32,000 nt of DNA, taken from positions 120,001-152,000 of the forward strand of contig CP085695.1 of the NCBI GenBank assembly GCA_029715105.1. Direction: 5' to 3'. Both the position numbers and the translations under genes were made by a program. Of the stretch, positions 9,378 through 19,800 are shown piece after piece. Each line of letters opens with the position of its first letter. The stretch's first letter is position 1. The DNA is from Candidatus Saccharimonadota bacterium (lineage in GTDB: Bacteria > Pseudomonadota > Alphaproteobacteria > Rickettsiales > Anaplasmataceae). Under the pieces are notes generated by a model, which made no database searches, was not told where the DNA came from, and was given only the letters and a program-made list of their open reading frames with translations.

Positions 9378-9403
9378 CCCCCCCATTTTAAATGAAGGGG
9401 GGG
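9378..9403. terminator. C7-N12-G7 hairpin, probable bidirectional intrinsic terminator between convergent dapA and the membrane-protein gene
   Basis: CCCCCCC-ATTTTAAATGAA-GGGGGGG. On the minus strand it starts 7 nt after the stop of the 9411-9962 gene and is followed by UUGUUGAUUCGUUUAU. On the plus strand it is followed by AGAAUUUUUAU. Confidence 0.55.
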
Positions 9404-9410
9404 AGAATTT

Positions 9411-9962
9411 TTATAAAAAATTCGTCGGTTGTAAAAACAGAGAAGATAAATTGCGTAGGAACTTAATATTTTTCTTTATATGATTTGATAAAATTGTTGC
9501 TGCTAGTAGACAAATACCTAATATCGATATATAAGAAAATTTAAAAGCTAAGTCTTTGATATATATAGATAGACATTTGTTTATGTGAAATTTATGTAGT
9601 AATCCAATGCACATAATGCTGCTATCGATTATTGATGCTGCAATTAGAGCAATAGAATTTGTTATATAAAAATCAAGTCTAGATTTTATATTATCAAAAA
9701 TAATTATACTTAGAAGAAGAGATATTAAGATTGCAGTATATGAAATCAATGTTAACGCATCAAGATGTTGTAATTTTAGAATGCAACATAGCACTGTGCA
9801 CATTATTATGCTATATACAGCTTCCTTTTTACCGTAAAATGCTGTTATTAAATTTGTGATTAAAGCTACTACTATAATTATAATAGCGCATACCATTAAT
9901 TTATTTGAATTATTGAGCAAAGAGAGAATAATAAGTAAGAAAAACGACAGAATATAATACAT
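9411..9962 (-). CDS. polytopic inner-membrane protein, possibly VUT/YhhQ family (queuosine-precursor transporter)
   Basis: 183 aa with 5-6 hydrophobic helices. The segment FDNIKSRLDFYITNSIALIAASIIDSSIMCIGLL resembles the conserved …R…ST…iD(S/T)…F block of VUT/YhhQ proteins. The protein is shorter than typical YhhQ. The family call is weak. Confidence 0.4.
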   Translation of the reverse strand: MYYILSFFLLIILSLLNNSNKLMVCAIIIIVVALITNLITAFYGKKEAVYSIIMCTVLCCILKLQHLDALTLISYTAILISLLLSIIIFDNIKSRLDFYITNSIALIAASIIDSSIMCIGLLHKFHINKCLSIYIKDLAFKFSYISILGICLLAATILSNHIKKNIKFLRNLSSLFLQPTNFL

Positions 9963-10071
9963 TATAGGTTTCCTTTAGTAAAATTTAGATTAAAACTTAT
10001 GTTTATTATTTTATATGAACATTTTAATAATGAAAGAGTTTTTTTAAATAAGTTTAAATAATTTTTAATAA

Positions 10072-13000
10072 TTAATTAAGATTGTTTAATAATGTGTTAC
10101 GGTAGCTGCTCTCTAAAATCATTAAGTCTATTTCTAAAATATTTTTTATATTTAATATTTTTTTTTCTGTTACTTTACCAATACATGAAAAAACTATATT
10201 CTTATTTTTTAATAATTTTTCAAATTTGTGTTGATTTTGCGGTGCAATGGTAACAAGAATTCTACTTTGGGATTCAGAAAACATTATTATCTCGTTTATT
10301 ATACTTTTATTTTGTATTTTCCCGATTGGTACTAGCGAGAGATCAACTTCAGCACCAAAATCTCCTGCTATTAGTGACTTTACTAGAGCAATTGCTAATC
10401 CTCCGAGATTTAATGCAATTGCGGATGCAATTATTCCATTTTCTATTGCAAAGCTATAACACTCATATAAACTTTTAGCGCTTTTTGCGTTGACTTTTGG
10501 TACATTGTTATTATGTATTCCACTATATAGTTGATATTCAGATCTTCCAAGTTCGTCATGTGTTATACCGAGTATATATATTAAATCTTCCGGCATTTTT
10601 ACATCAAGTGATACTGTATTTTCAATATCTTCTATGACTCCAATTGCTGAAATAAGTAATGATGGTGGTGCAGATATAGTAATCTCTTTACCATTTTCAT
10701 CGTATCCCTTGAAATCATTGAACATGCTGTCTTTTCCAGATATAAATGGAGTTTTAAATGCAGTTGCAAAATCGTAACAGGCTTTTGCAGTTCTTTTTAA
10801 TTGCCAAAGTCTTTTTGGATCGTAGGCACTACACCAACAAAAATTATCGAGTAATGCTAGATGATTTATATTCCCCCCTACAACTACATAATTACGTATA
10901 GCAGTATCAATTGCACACGCCCCCATATGATAAGTATCTATTTCTCCATAACTTGAACCGAATCCTTGCGATTTTACAATACCTTTTTTTGATGAAAGAA
11001 TTGGTCTTGAAACAATAACTTCGCTGCATACTCTTCCCTTACCCTGTAATTGTTTTAATACTGATGAGCCTTGAACTTCGTGTTCATATTGTACTATTAT
11101 AAACTCTTTACTGCAAATATTTGGTCTACTTAGCATTTCTTTTAACTCAGTTTCTTGGTGTGACATTGTGCTAGTACTAAATATAGGGGTGATAGTAGTA
11201 GTTTTTTTGAGCCAAGGTTTTGTTTGTAAATGTATTTTGGGATTGCCGTTATGTAGGAACTTAGTTTCGATGTTCATTATTGGCGAAGAGGAAGCGAATC
11301 GAACTACAGACATGCCAGTATTGTTGAATATTCCGATTGCATTTGCTTCTACATCATGTTTTTTCGCGATTTGGAAAAGTATATGGAGATTTTCCTCTGG
11401 TACTGCTAAAGTCATTCTTTCTTGTGATTCTGATATCCATATTTCCCATGGAGACATATTATTATTTTTAAGTGGAACCTTACTTAAATCAACTTCGAAT
11501 CCATTTTTTCCCATTTCACCGATAGATGACGATAATCCTCCTGCTCCGTTATCTGTTATTGCATTAAAAAGACCGCGATTTCTTGCTTCTATAATAAAAT
11601 TTGACATTTTTTTTTGTGTTATAGGGTCACCAATTTGTACAATTGTTAAAGGATTATTTCCAGACATCTTTTTTGAAGAAAATGTTGCGCCGTGGATTCC
11701 GTCTCTTCCAACCCTACCACCTATAATTACAATTATATCTCCATTTTTAGGTTCTTTAATGTGTGAGAGTGTATTATTTATATTACGTGGAATAATTCCA
11801 ATACTACCAACAAAAACTAATGGTTTTCCACAAAATCTATCGTCAAAATATAATGATCCAAGTTGTGTTGGAATCCCAGAACAATTGCCAGCTACATTGA
11901 CACCATGAATTACTTTTTTCATAATATATTTTGGATTTAAAATTTTATTTTTACATTCTTTATCTCTATAAAATTTATTTTTTTCTTTTTCAGCAAAGCA
12001 AAAATAATATGTATTCATTATAGGTTCTGCGCCCTTACCAAAGCCTAATATATCTCGATTAACCCCAAGTACCCCAGTCATTGCTCCGTTAAACGGATCG
12101 AGAGCAGAGGGACTATTATGAGTTTCGACCTTACCTACAATTAAATAATTATCGTCGAAAATTATTCCTCCTGCATTGTCCGAGAAAACTGATATACATA
12201 TATTGGAATTTATTTCATGGGTTGCTCGCTTAATATAATTTTCGTATAGACCATTTTTTATTTCATCGATAGGGGAACAGAATATGTTGTGCTTACAGTG
12301 TTCAGACCAAGTTTGTGCTAGAGATTCAAGTTCAATATCGTATGGATTTCTACCTAGCTTTTTAAAATAATTTTTTATGGATTTCATTGCTATAAGTGAT
12401 AATCCTAGAGTGCCGTTACCATTAATTCCGTATTTGCTAAGTTTTTTGAGTTTGTAATCACTTACATCTAGGTTAACAAATTTGGTAGCTGTTATAGTAT
12501 TATTTTTTAATATTTGATTAGTTGAGCATTGTGAATTATTAGTTTTAACGGTATTATTTGGAATAGAGATGAAATTTTGTTTTTTATAGTGTTTTTTCCA
12601 ATAGAAATTACCATTTTTTTCTTTGTATATAAGTGTACTATATTCAGTCATGGGATTAAATTCTATAGTGTTATTTTCAGGTAAATTTCCATTACCTAAG
12701 ACCAATTTTGAGCTTTTTGCCGCGATATCAAATGAAGTTATTTTGGTATTTTTTTCGTTTATTTCAAGATTTTGATATTGGAGTTTATAGGTTTTAGCAT
12801 TGCATTTTAAAGTAGTAGAGGAATGAGTAATGGATAGGTGTTTGCTTATTAAATATTCTTTGATAATTTGTTTTACAGTATTACCTACATTATCAACTAT
12901 GTTAGGTAGAAAATTTATTTCCAAACCCCATTCAGCTCGTGGTTCTATGAAACTATATTTAACTTCTTCAAGACTTTCATTATAAAAATAATAACGGCAG

Positions 13001-13152
13001 TTTTGTACAGTTTCATTGTAAAATAGTTTACAGATATTTTCATATAGTTTTGATGATAATTTTATGCTCATATAAATTGAATAAACATTAACAAACCATT
13101 TATTGCTATTTTTTTTATGTTTGTTTAGAATTTCTATTCTGATGTTTGTCAT
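10072..13152 (-). CDS. purL: phosphoribosylformylglycinamidine (FGAM) synthase, synthetase component with a long N-terminal region and no glutaminase domain
   Basis: 1026 aa. Motifs: KLGRNPYDIELESLAQTWSEHCKHNIF (residues about 265-291), VETHNSPSALDPFNGAMTGVLGVNRD, and duplicated AIRS-like halves (…GGRVGRDGIHGATFSS…, …ISGKDSMFN…). Confidence 0.9.
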   Translation of the reverse strand: MTNIRIEILNKHKKNSNKWFVNVYSIYMSIKLSSKLYENICKLFYNETVQNCRYYFYNESLEEVKYSFIEPRAEWGLEINFLPNIVDNVGNTVKQIIKEYLISKHLSITHSSTTLKCNAKTYKLQYQNLEINEKNTKITSFDIAAKSSKLVLGNGNLPENNTIEFNPMTEYSTLIYKEKNGNFYWKKHYKKQNFISIPNNTVKTNNSQCSTNQILKNNTITATKFVNLDVSDYKLKKLSKYGINGNGTLGLSLIAMKSIKNYFKKLGRNPYDIELESLAQTWSEHCKHNIFCSPIDEIKNGLYENYIKRATHEINSNICISVFSDNAGGIIFDDNYLIVGKVETHNSPSALDPFNGAMTGVLGVNRDILGFGKGAEPIMNTYYFCFAEKEKNKFYRDKECKNKILNPKYIMKKVIHGVNVAGNCSGIPTQLGSLYFDDRFCGKPLVFVGSIGIIPRNINNTLSHIKEPKNGDIIVIIGGRVGRDGIHGATFSSKKMSGNNPLTIVQIGDPITQKKMSNFIIEARNRGLFNAITDNGAGGLSSSIGEMGKNGFEVDLSKVPLKNNNMSPWEIWISESQERMTLAVPEENLHILFQIAKKHDVEANAIGIFNNTGMSVVRFASSSPIMNIETKFLHNGNPKIHLQTKPWLKKTTTITPIFSTSTMSHQETELKEMLSRPNICSKEFIIVQYEHEVQGSSVLKQLQGKGRVCSEVIVSRPILSSKKGIVKSQGFGSSYGEIDTYHMGACAIDTAIRNYVVVGGNINHLALLDNFCWCSAYDPKRLWQLKRTAKACYDFATAFKTPFISGKDSMFNDFKGYDENGKEITISAPPSLLISAIGVIEDIENTVSLDVKMPEDLIYILGITHDELGRSEYQLYSGIHNNNVPKVNAKSAKSLYECYSFAIENGIIASAIALNLGGLAIALVKSLIAGDFGAEVDLSLVPIGKIQNKSIINEIIMFSESQSRILVTIAPQNQHKFEKLLKNKNIVFSCIGKVTEKKILNIKNILEIDLMILESSYRNTLLNNLN

Positions 13153-13182
13153 CTTATTATTATAATAAAAAGAATTTAAATT

Positions 13183-13281
13183 ATGGGAAAAGTTTTTACT
13201 CTAAAAAGAAATAATTTTTTTTTGATATACTTAGTCAATATATATGTTCTGAATACAAAGGAGATGAGATTTCAAAAGTAA
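13183..13281 (+). pseudogene. addB: 5' fragment of addB, separated from the main ORF by a frameshift in a T9 tract
   Basis: ATG at 13183 gives MGKVFTLKRNNFF…, then runs out of frame to TAA at 13279-13281. After the T9 tract the frame of the main ORF reads FFFDILSQYICSEYKGDEISKVKIILPCK-MDVIALINAF. The joined sequence matches the usual alphaproteobacterial AddB N-terminus (VFT-I/L-P…FL…L…I-x-x-P-x-R-R-A…L…F). Confidence 0.55.
13215..13223 (+). repeat. T9 homopolymer at the addB frameshift site
   Basis: AATAA-TTTTTTTTT-GATATAC, counted base by base. One extra T would fuse 13183 to 15857 into one ORF. Confidence 0.9.
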
Positions 13282-13301
13282 AGATTATACTTCCTTGTAA
13301 A

Positions 13302-15857
13302 ATGGATGTGATAGCATTAATAAATGCGTTCAAGAGATGTACTATTAGAGAATATATAATTCTACCGGATCTAATTTCATTAGAGGATATTGATAAAGAA
13401 GACTCAATACTGAATATTGATAGGGTTAAAGTTATTAAACCTATGAAGAGAATACTATTATTGATCCAATTTATATTGGAATGGAATAAAGAAAATAATG
13501 ATAATTTTCCAATTGATTTGACTTGTAGTTTATTATCATTGCTTGACGAAATTCGGTATACTCAAGTAATTGATTATTATCAAGTAGATAAACGTTTAAA
13601 GAAAACAGAAAGTTTTATTAATTTACTTATCAAGACTTGGAATGTAACTTTGAGTAATCTTGGAATGGTGGACATACCGGAGTATAAAACTAATTATATT
13701 AATAATATGATAGCTTCTATGCGAAGAGATCAAAATATAATTTTTGTTGGAATTGGAAAGAATAGTATTCACAAATTGTTGATTAAGGCTATATATGATT
13801 TACCTCTTGGAAAGGTAATTTTACCAAATCTCAATCTGGAAATTAGGGAGGAATGTTGGAAGTTTTTAAATAAAAAACATTATCAGTATTGTTTAAAAGA
13901 TCTGTTAGATTATCTCGGCGTAGATAGAAGAAATGTTATTTGTTTAAACACTACGAATAGTAATATTGATTGTATTTTTGATACAACTGTTGATCTTAGT
14001 AAGATTAATGATGGCGAATGTATTAAAAATATTGAAATTATAGTTTGTAATTCGAGAGAAGAAGAAGCACAAATGACATCTCTAATTATGGAGGGTGAAG
14101 ATTATGAAAATATTTCTTTATATATTTTTGACAAGTTACTTGCATCTCGTATGAGATGTTCTAGTTTAAAAAATCATTCTTATGTAACGCTTTTGCTTTA
14201 TAGTGTTGAAGTTTTAAGTTCAAATTGGAACAGTGTTGCACTTCTTTCTCTTTTAAAACATAAATTAGTAACTTTTGGTTATATTGAAAAAAATTATATT
14301 CAGATTTTATCTGAATTTGAAATAGAAATATTGCGCAACTTTAGTATCAACGGTAGTAGTAGTATTATAAATATAATTAATGTTCATAAAAAATTAAAAT
14401 ATAAGGAAGATATATTAATTATTATTAACAAACTAAAAGTTATATTTGATTTATTACTTAATTCTGTTAATTGTCCTATTTCTCATGTAATAGCAACTCA
14501 TCTACAATGTATTAGTTTACTTTCTGGGATTGACTTTTCAGAGCTAGATAATGAAATAGGTATTTTTATTCGTGCACTTTTAAGCGCATGTGAAGGTATA
14601 ATGATAAAATGTTCTTTAAAATTGTATGTTCAGATTTTAACTTTCCTTTTAAAAAGGGAATTTTTTTCTACAGTAGACAGTTTAAATAGATTTAATTTAT
14701 ATTATAATAAAGTTATAATACTTGCTGGATTTTACGATATACCGAGTTTTCAAAATCCATTCTTAAATACTTTGACGAGAGAAAGGTTTGGTTTTCCTTC
14801 TATACAAGAAGAGCAAGGATATTTTTTATATAACTTGCATGGTTTATTTGGCGCTAGTAAGGTATACATTATAAGTTTGTTGAGCAATAGGAAATCAATT
14901 TTATTGCGACGCTTGGAAATTGTACTTCGAAAGGAATCAAAATATAGTCATAATTGGTTGAAAATGTTAAATACACCTGAGGTTATTGCACCTTGTGCTC
15001 GACCCGTTCCAAAGCCTAAGTCTGAAGTAAGGAAAGAAATAATGCAAGTGATGTCTTGTAGTGCAGTAGAAAAATTAATTCGCAATCCTTATTCATTTTA
15101 TGCTGAATATATACTGAACATTAAAAAATTAAGAGACTTAAATTTTAAACCATCGATGTTGGAATTTGGTGTTATAGTTCATAGCACTCTTGAGAAATAT
15201 TTACATAGTAGAGAATCACCAATGCGTATTGCGCAAGAAGTGTTTTCGTCTAGTCAGTTTACCTTTTCGAATATGTGGTTAGTGAGACTACAGAAAATAG
15301 TTCAATCTTTTATTAAGTTTAACAGAACAACTAGAAGTAATCGATTTGAATTAGAGAAGGTCTTTTTTTATCCAATATTTCATCTTGATACTGAAGTTTA
15401 TACTTCTCATAATAATTTATCCAAGTATAAAATTACTTGTACAGAAAACATAGATTTGGTTGCGAAAGGAATTCTATTAACGTCAAAATGTGACAGAGTT
15501 GAATATTTACCAAACGGTAAGATAGCAATTATAGATTATAAGTTAGGTTCAATTCCTTCTGATGAGGAAATTACATCAGGATTTTTTTCTCAGTTAATTT
15601 TAGAAGCATTGACAGTAGAACATACAACAAAAATGGAAGTTTCAGAGCTTATTTATTGGAAACTAGATTTTAATGAGATAAAAGTTTTTTCTTTGAAGAA
15701 TTGCAGACAAAAAATTTTGGAGTTTAAATCTGGTTTACCGAAATTTTTATTTAGTTATTTAAAAGATTCTATTCCATTTATCGCTTCTCCTTATTTTAAT
15801 AGGTTTTTGGACTTTTATGTTTATAAACAATTAGAAAGGACAGGAGAGTGGTTATAA
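13302..15857 (+). CDS. addB: double-strand break repair protein AddB (alphaproteobacterial type, PD-(D/E)XK nuclease family)
   Basis: 851-aa ORF. The C-terminal RecB-type nuclease motif is present (…SKCDRVEYLPNGKIAIIDYKLGSIPS…). Size and overall layout fit AddB. The true 5' end probably lies at 13183 (see frameshift). Confidence 0.8.
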   Translation: MDVIALINAFKRCTIREYIILPDLISLEDIDKEDSILNIDRVKVIKPMKRILLLIQFILEWNKENNDNFPIDLTCSLLSLLDEIRYTQVIDYYQVDKRLKKTESFINLLIKTWNVTLSNLGMVDIPEYKTNYINNMIASMRRDQNIIFVGIGKNSIHKLLIKAIYDLPLGKVILPNLNLEIREECWKFLNKKHYQYCLKDLLDYLGVDRRNVICLNTTNSNIDCIFDTTVDLSKINDGECIKNIEIIVCNSREEEAQMTSLIMEGEDYENISLYIFDKLLASRMRCSSLKNHSYVTLLLYSVEVLSSNWNSVALLSLLKHKLVTFGYIEKNYIQILSEFEIEILRNFSINGSSSIINIINVHKKLKYKEDILIIINKLKVIFDLLLNSVNCPISHVIATHLQCISLLSGIDFSELDNEIGIFIRALLSACEGIMIKCSLKLYVQILTFLLKREFFSTVDSLNRFNLYYNKVIILAGFYDIPSFQNPFLNTLTRERFGFPSIQEEQGYFLYNLHGLFGASKVYIISLLSNRKSILLRRLEIVLRKESKYSHNWLKMLNTPEVIAPCARPVPKPKSEVRKEIMQVMSCSAVEKLIRNPYSFYAEYILNIKKLRDLNFKPSMLEFGVIVHSTLEKYLHSRESPMRIAQEVFSSSQFTFSNMWLVRLQKIVQSFIKFNRTTRSNRFELEKVFFYPIFHLDTEVYTSHNNLSKYKITCTENIDLVAKGILLTSKCDRVEYLPNGKIAIIDYKLGSIPSDEEITSGFFSQLILEALTVEHTTKMEVSELIYWKLDFNEIKVFSLKNCRQKILEFKSGLPKFLFSYLKDSIPFIASPYFNRFLDFYVYKQLERTGEWL

Positions 15858-16876
15858 GAGAAAATCTTATAATATTTATATTTTATTATCTGCGTAAATA
15901 AAAATGTGAGATATATGTAGAAAAGAGTGGATATTTTGTAGATAAAAATGTGAGTTTTGAGAAAATAGAAACTTTGGGTTTTATTTTGTATTGTTAACGA
16001 TAGATTTCTAACCTAGAATAGGGGGTGCTATTTTATTTGGGCACACTTTTCATTAAAATAATTAATGTATGGGAGTTTGTATGCTTGTTTGAGATATTTA
16101 ATTTTTTAAATTTTATAATAAAATCTATATAGTTTATCTTCTCAGAAAAGAAAATCCTTATAAAGGATATGTGAAGTTTATTATATGGTATATTTTACGT
16201 TTTATTTTCTGAATTTAAGATTATTTAGGGTGATATTGCATTGTTATAGCTTTGTTTTATTTTATTTAATATTTTAAAAATAACTTCTCTTAATTTAATA
16301 AATGGGCTTACTATAATAAAGTAGCTGTAAAACTTTTAAATTATTTCGATTTATTGGTGGATAATATTGTAAAAGTTTTATTAATTTTTAATTGTATAAA
16401 GAAGGATTTACAAAAAACTAAATGGGTAAAGGTAGTTAGATCCACATTTTCATGGAAAACCAAATTTTGGTTAATTATAATGGTTATGGGATGGCTCATA
16501 CCCGAAAATATTAGTTTAATTTAATATCACTAAAATAGTGTTAAATTATTAAATATTGCAAATTACATAAAATAGTTTTTTTGAAAATTTTATTTGGTAA
16601 TATCTATAAAATTTAGATGGTTATTAAAATTTAATTGCAACTTTAAAAGTTAGAAAATATAAAGAGGTTATTCTTTATAGAAAGTGAGCAGCAGATGATA
16701 ATTTAAAGTTGAAGATAAATTTGAGTAGTTATGAAGTAGTGGGTACACTAATTAAATTCTTGTAGAGAATATTATATGTGTACTCATTTGAAAAAAGTCT
16801 TGTTAATTGTTGTGTTTTTTATGTAGAAAGTTAGATAAAAAGGTTTGTACGGGAGGGAGATAATATGGTGATTCAT

Positions 16877-19800
16877 TTAGTTAAATGAAGTTCGTATTTG
16901 TTGTAGCGATTTTACTTCTAGTTTGCTGCTTTTTATATATTGAATTGCAAGTACTAATGCCTTGCTTCCGGATATTGTGGTGCTATAAGTTACGTTTTGT
17001 AAAATAGCGGTTCTTCTAATATCTTTACTGTTTGAAATTGATTTAATACATTTTGAGGTATTAATTACTAGATTTATTTTTCCACTTTTGATCATGTTAA
17101 TTATGTGGGATTTGCATTTTTTCGCTTTGCTTAAAGCTCTTGTAGTAATACCATTATCATTTAAATATGAGGCTGTGTCTTTAGTGGCATAGATTTCAAA
17201 GTCTAGTTTTCTTAGTGAATGTGCGACTGGTAATATGTATTTTTTGTCATCATCTTTTACAGAAATTAATACTTTTCCTTTTGTTGGTAGTTTATATCCT
17301 GCAGCCATATAGGCTTTTGCGAGCGCAGCTTCAAATGATAAGTCGATTCCCATTACCTCTCCTGTTGATTTCATTTCCGGACCTAATAAGGTATCAATTT
17401 CAGAAAAACGCGTGAATGGAAAAACGGCAACTTTTACCGCAAAATGGCCAAGAAGTTTTTTTTCTTGATCTAATTTTTTACCTAAAATAACTTGTGTAGC
17501 AAGCTTTGCTATTGGAATATTAATAACTTTAGAAACAAAAGGAATTGTACGACTAGCTCTTAAATTTACTTCTAGTATGTATATATTATTTTTTTGAATG
17601 GCAAATTGAATGTTTATTAGGCCTTTTACTTTTAATTTAAAGGCTATTTTTTCAGTTTGTAGTTCAATTTCTTTTATAATTTCATTGCTAAGTGTATTTG
17701 TAGGTATTGAGCAAGTTGAGTCACCGGAATGGATTCCAGCTTCTTCAATGTGTTCTATTATTGCTGCTATAAAAACTTTTTCTCCATCACATATGGCATC
17801 GACATCAACTTCAATTGCATTATCTAAAAATTTATCAAGTAGCAGTGATCCATGTTCAAAAATTTTAGTTTGATTTAATACGTATATTTTAAAACTTTCA
17901 ATGTCATATTTAATAGACATAGATTGTCCCCCTAGGACATAAGATGGTCTTACTACTAATGGAAATCCCACTTTTTTAGTATTGGTTAATGCTTCTTCTA
18001 TTGAATAACAAATAGAATTTTCAGGCTGTTTTAGATTAAGCTGTAAAGCGAGGTTTTTAAATTTCATGCGATCTTCAGCAAGATCTATGGAGTTAAAAGG
18101 TGTACCCAAAATATTGAAATCTCTTTCATTCAGTATTTTGGATAACTTTAATGGTGTTTGACCACCTATTTGCACTATAACTCCTATTAAAATACCATTT
18201 TCTTGTTCTTTGTTTAAAATTTCAAGAACATCTTCTATAGTTAATGGGGCAAAGTATAGACGATCGGCAATATCATAATCAGTTGAAACGGTTTCAGGGT
18301 TGCAGTTAATTATTATTGTTTCATATCCCATTTCTTTTGCCGCAAAAACCGCATGTACGCATGCATAATCAAATTCAATGCCTTGACCAATACGATTTGG
18401 CCCACTACCTAAAATAACAATCTTTTTTCGATCAGATACATTTGCTTCGCATTCTGTTTTATTTATAATGTCTCCTTCATAACATCCATACATGTATGCA
18501 GTATCTGATTTAAATTCAGCTGCACATGTATCTATACGTTTATAAACTTGGTGAATGCCAAATTTTTTTCTTATTGTTTCAATTTGTTCTATTTTTTTTT
18601 TACTTAACTTTGCTAACCTAGCATCCGAAAATCCCATTTTTTTTAACTCTAATATTTCGTATGCAGTTTTAGGTAAGCCTATTTTTTTAATTTTTTGTTC
18701 AGCTAGAATAATTTGCTGTATATTTTGTAAAAACCATAAATCATATCCAGTAATTGAATTTATTTCTTTTATACTCACTCCGTGACGCATTGCGTCTGCG
18801 GCAATTAATAATCTATTTGGTAGTAATTTTGATAATTTATATTTAATGTAATTAATATCCGTGTTTTCAGAGAATACTTCATCGAGTCCAGTAAGATCAG
18901 TTTCAAGTGAACGGAAAGCTTTTTGTAATGATTCATTAAAAGTGCGCCCTATAGACATTACTTCTCCAACAGATTTCATAGAAGTAGATAATTCACAGGT
19001 TGTACCTTTAAATTTTTCAAATTCAAAACGAGGGATTTTGGTAACAATATAATCAACTACTGGTTCAAATGCAGCAGATATGATTGGTGTGCAATCGTTG
19101 CGTATTTCGTCGAGTGAATATCCAATAGCAAGTTTAGTTGCAACTTTTGCTATTGGATAACCTGTTGCTTTTGATGCAAATGCGGAAGATCGAGAAACTC
19201 TTGGATTCATTTCTATTACAACAAGACTACTGTCTTCTTTGGAATTAACTGCGAATTGTACATTTGCACTACCTGCGCTAACATTAATTTCTCTCAGTAT
19301 TGCTATAGATGCATTTCTCATCTGTTGGTATTCTGCATCACGTAGAGTTAAAGCGGGAGCTACTGTAATGCTATCACCTGTATGAACTCCCATAGGATCG
19401 ATATTTTCAATTGAACAAACTATTATGCAATTATCTTTGTAATCACGGATAACTTCCATTTCATATTCTTTCCAACCTATAATAGATTCATCTATTTGAA
19501 CTTCATTTATTGGTGAGCTTTTTAAGGCGTTTTCTACAATATCAATGAACTCTTCTTCGCTATATGCTATTCCACTACCAATTCCACCTAGAGTAAATGA
19601 TGAGCGTACTATTGCGGGTAATTTTATATAGTTTAAAGCTTCTTTTATTTGTTTCTGATTATTTATAGTAATGCTTTTAGGGTATTTTAGTCCTATTTTA
19701 TCCATAGATTGTTGAAATAGTTTTCTATCTTCAGCTTTTCTAATTGCTTCTCTGCTTATACCGATGAGTTTTATATTATATGCGTCTAATATTCCATCAT

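Noticed and set aside
11168-11908. 246-aa ORF on the + strand, the longest unexplained ORF in the track
   Set aside because: It lies entirely antisense to the well-supported purL coding region. Its sequence is low-information (I/F/L/S/P-rich) with no motif. This is a typical shadow ORF produced by codon bias of the real gene.
16452-16514. 20-aa ORF MENQILVNYNGYGMAHTRKY in the addB-carB gap that looks protein-like
   Set aside because: It is too short, has no SD, and I cannot tie it to any family. It is noted only as a possible gene relic under the spacer finding.
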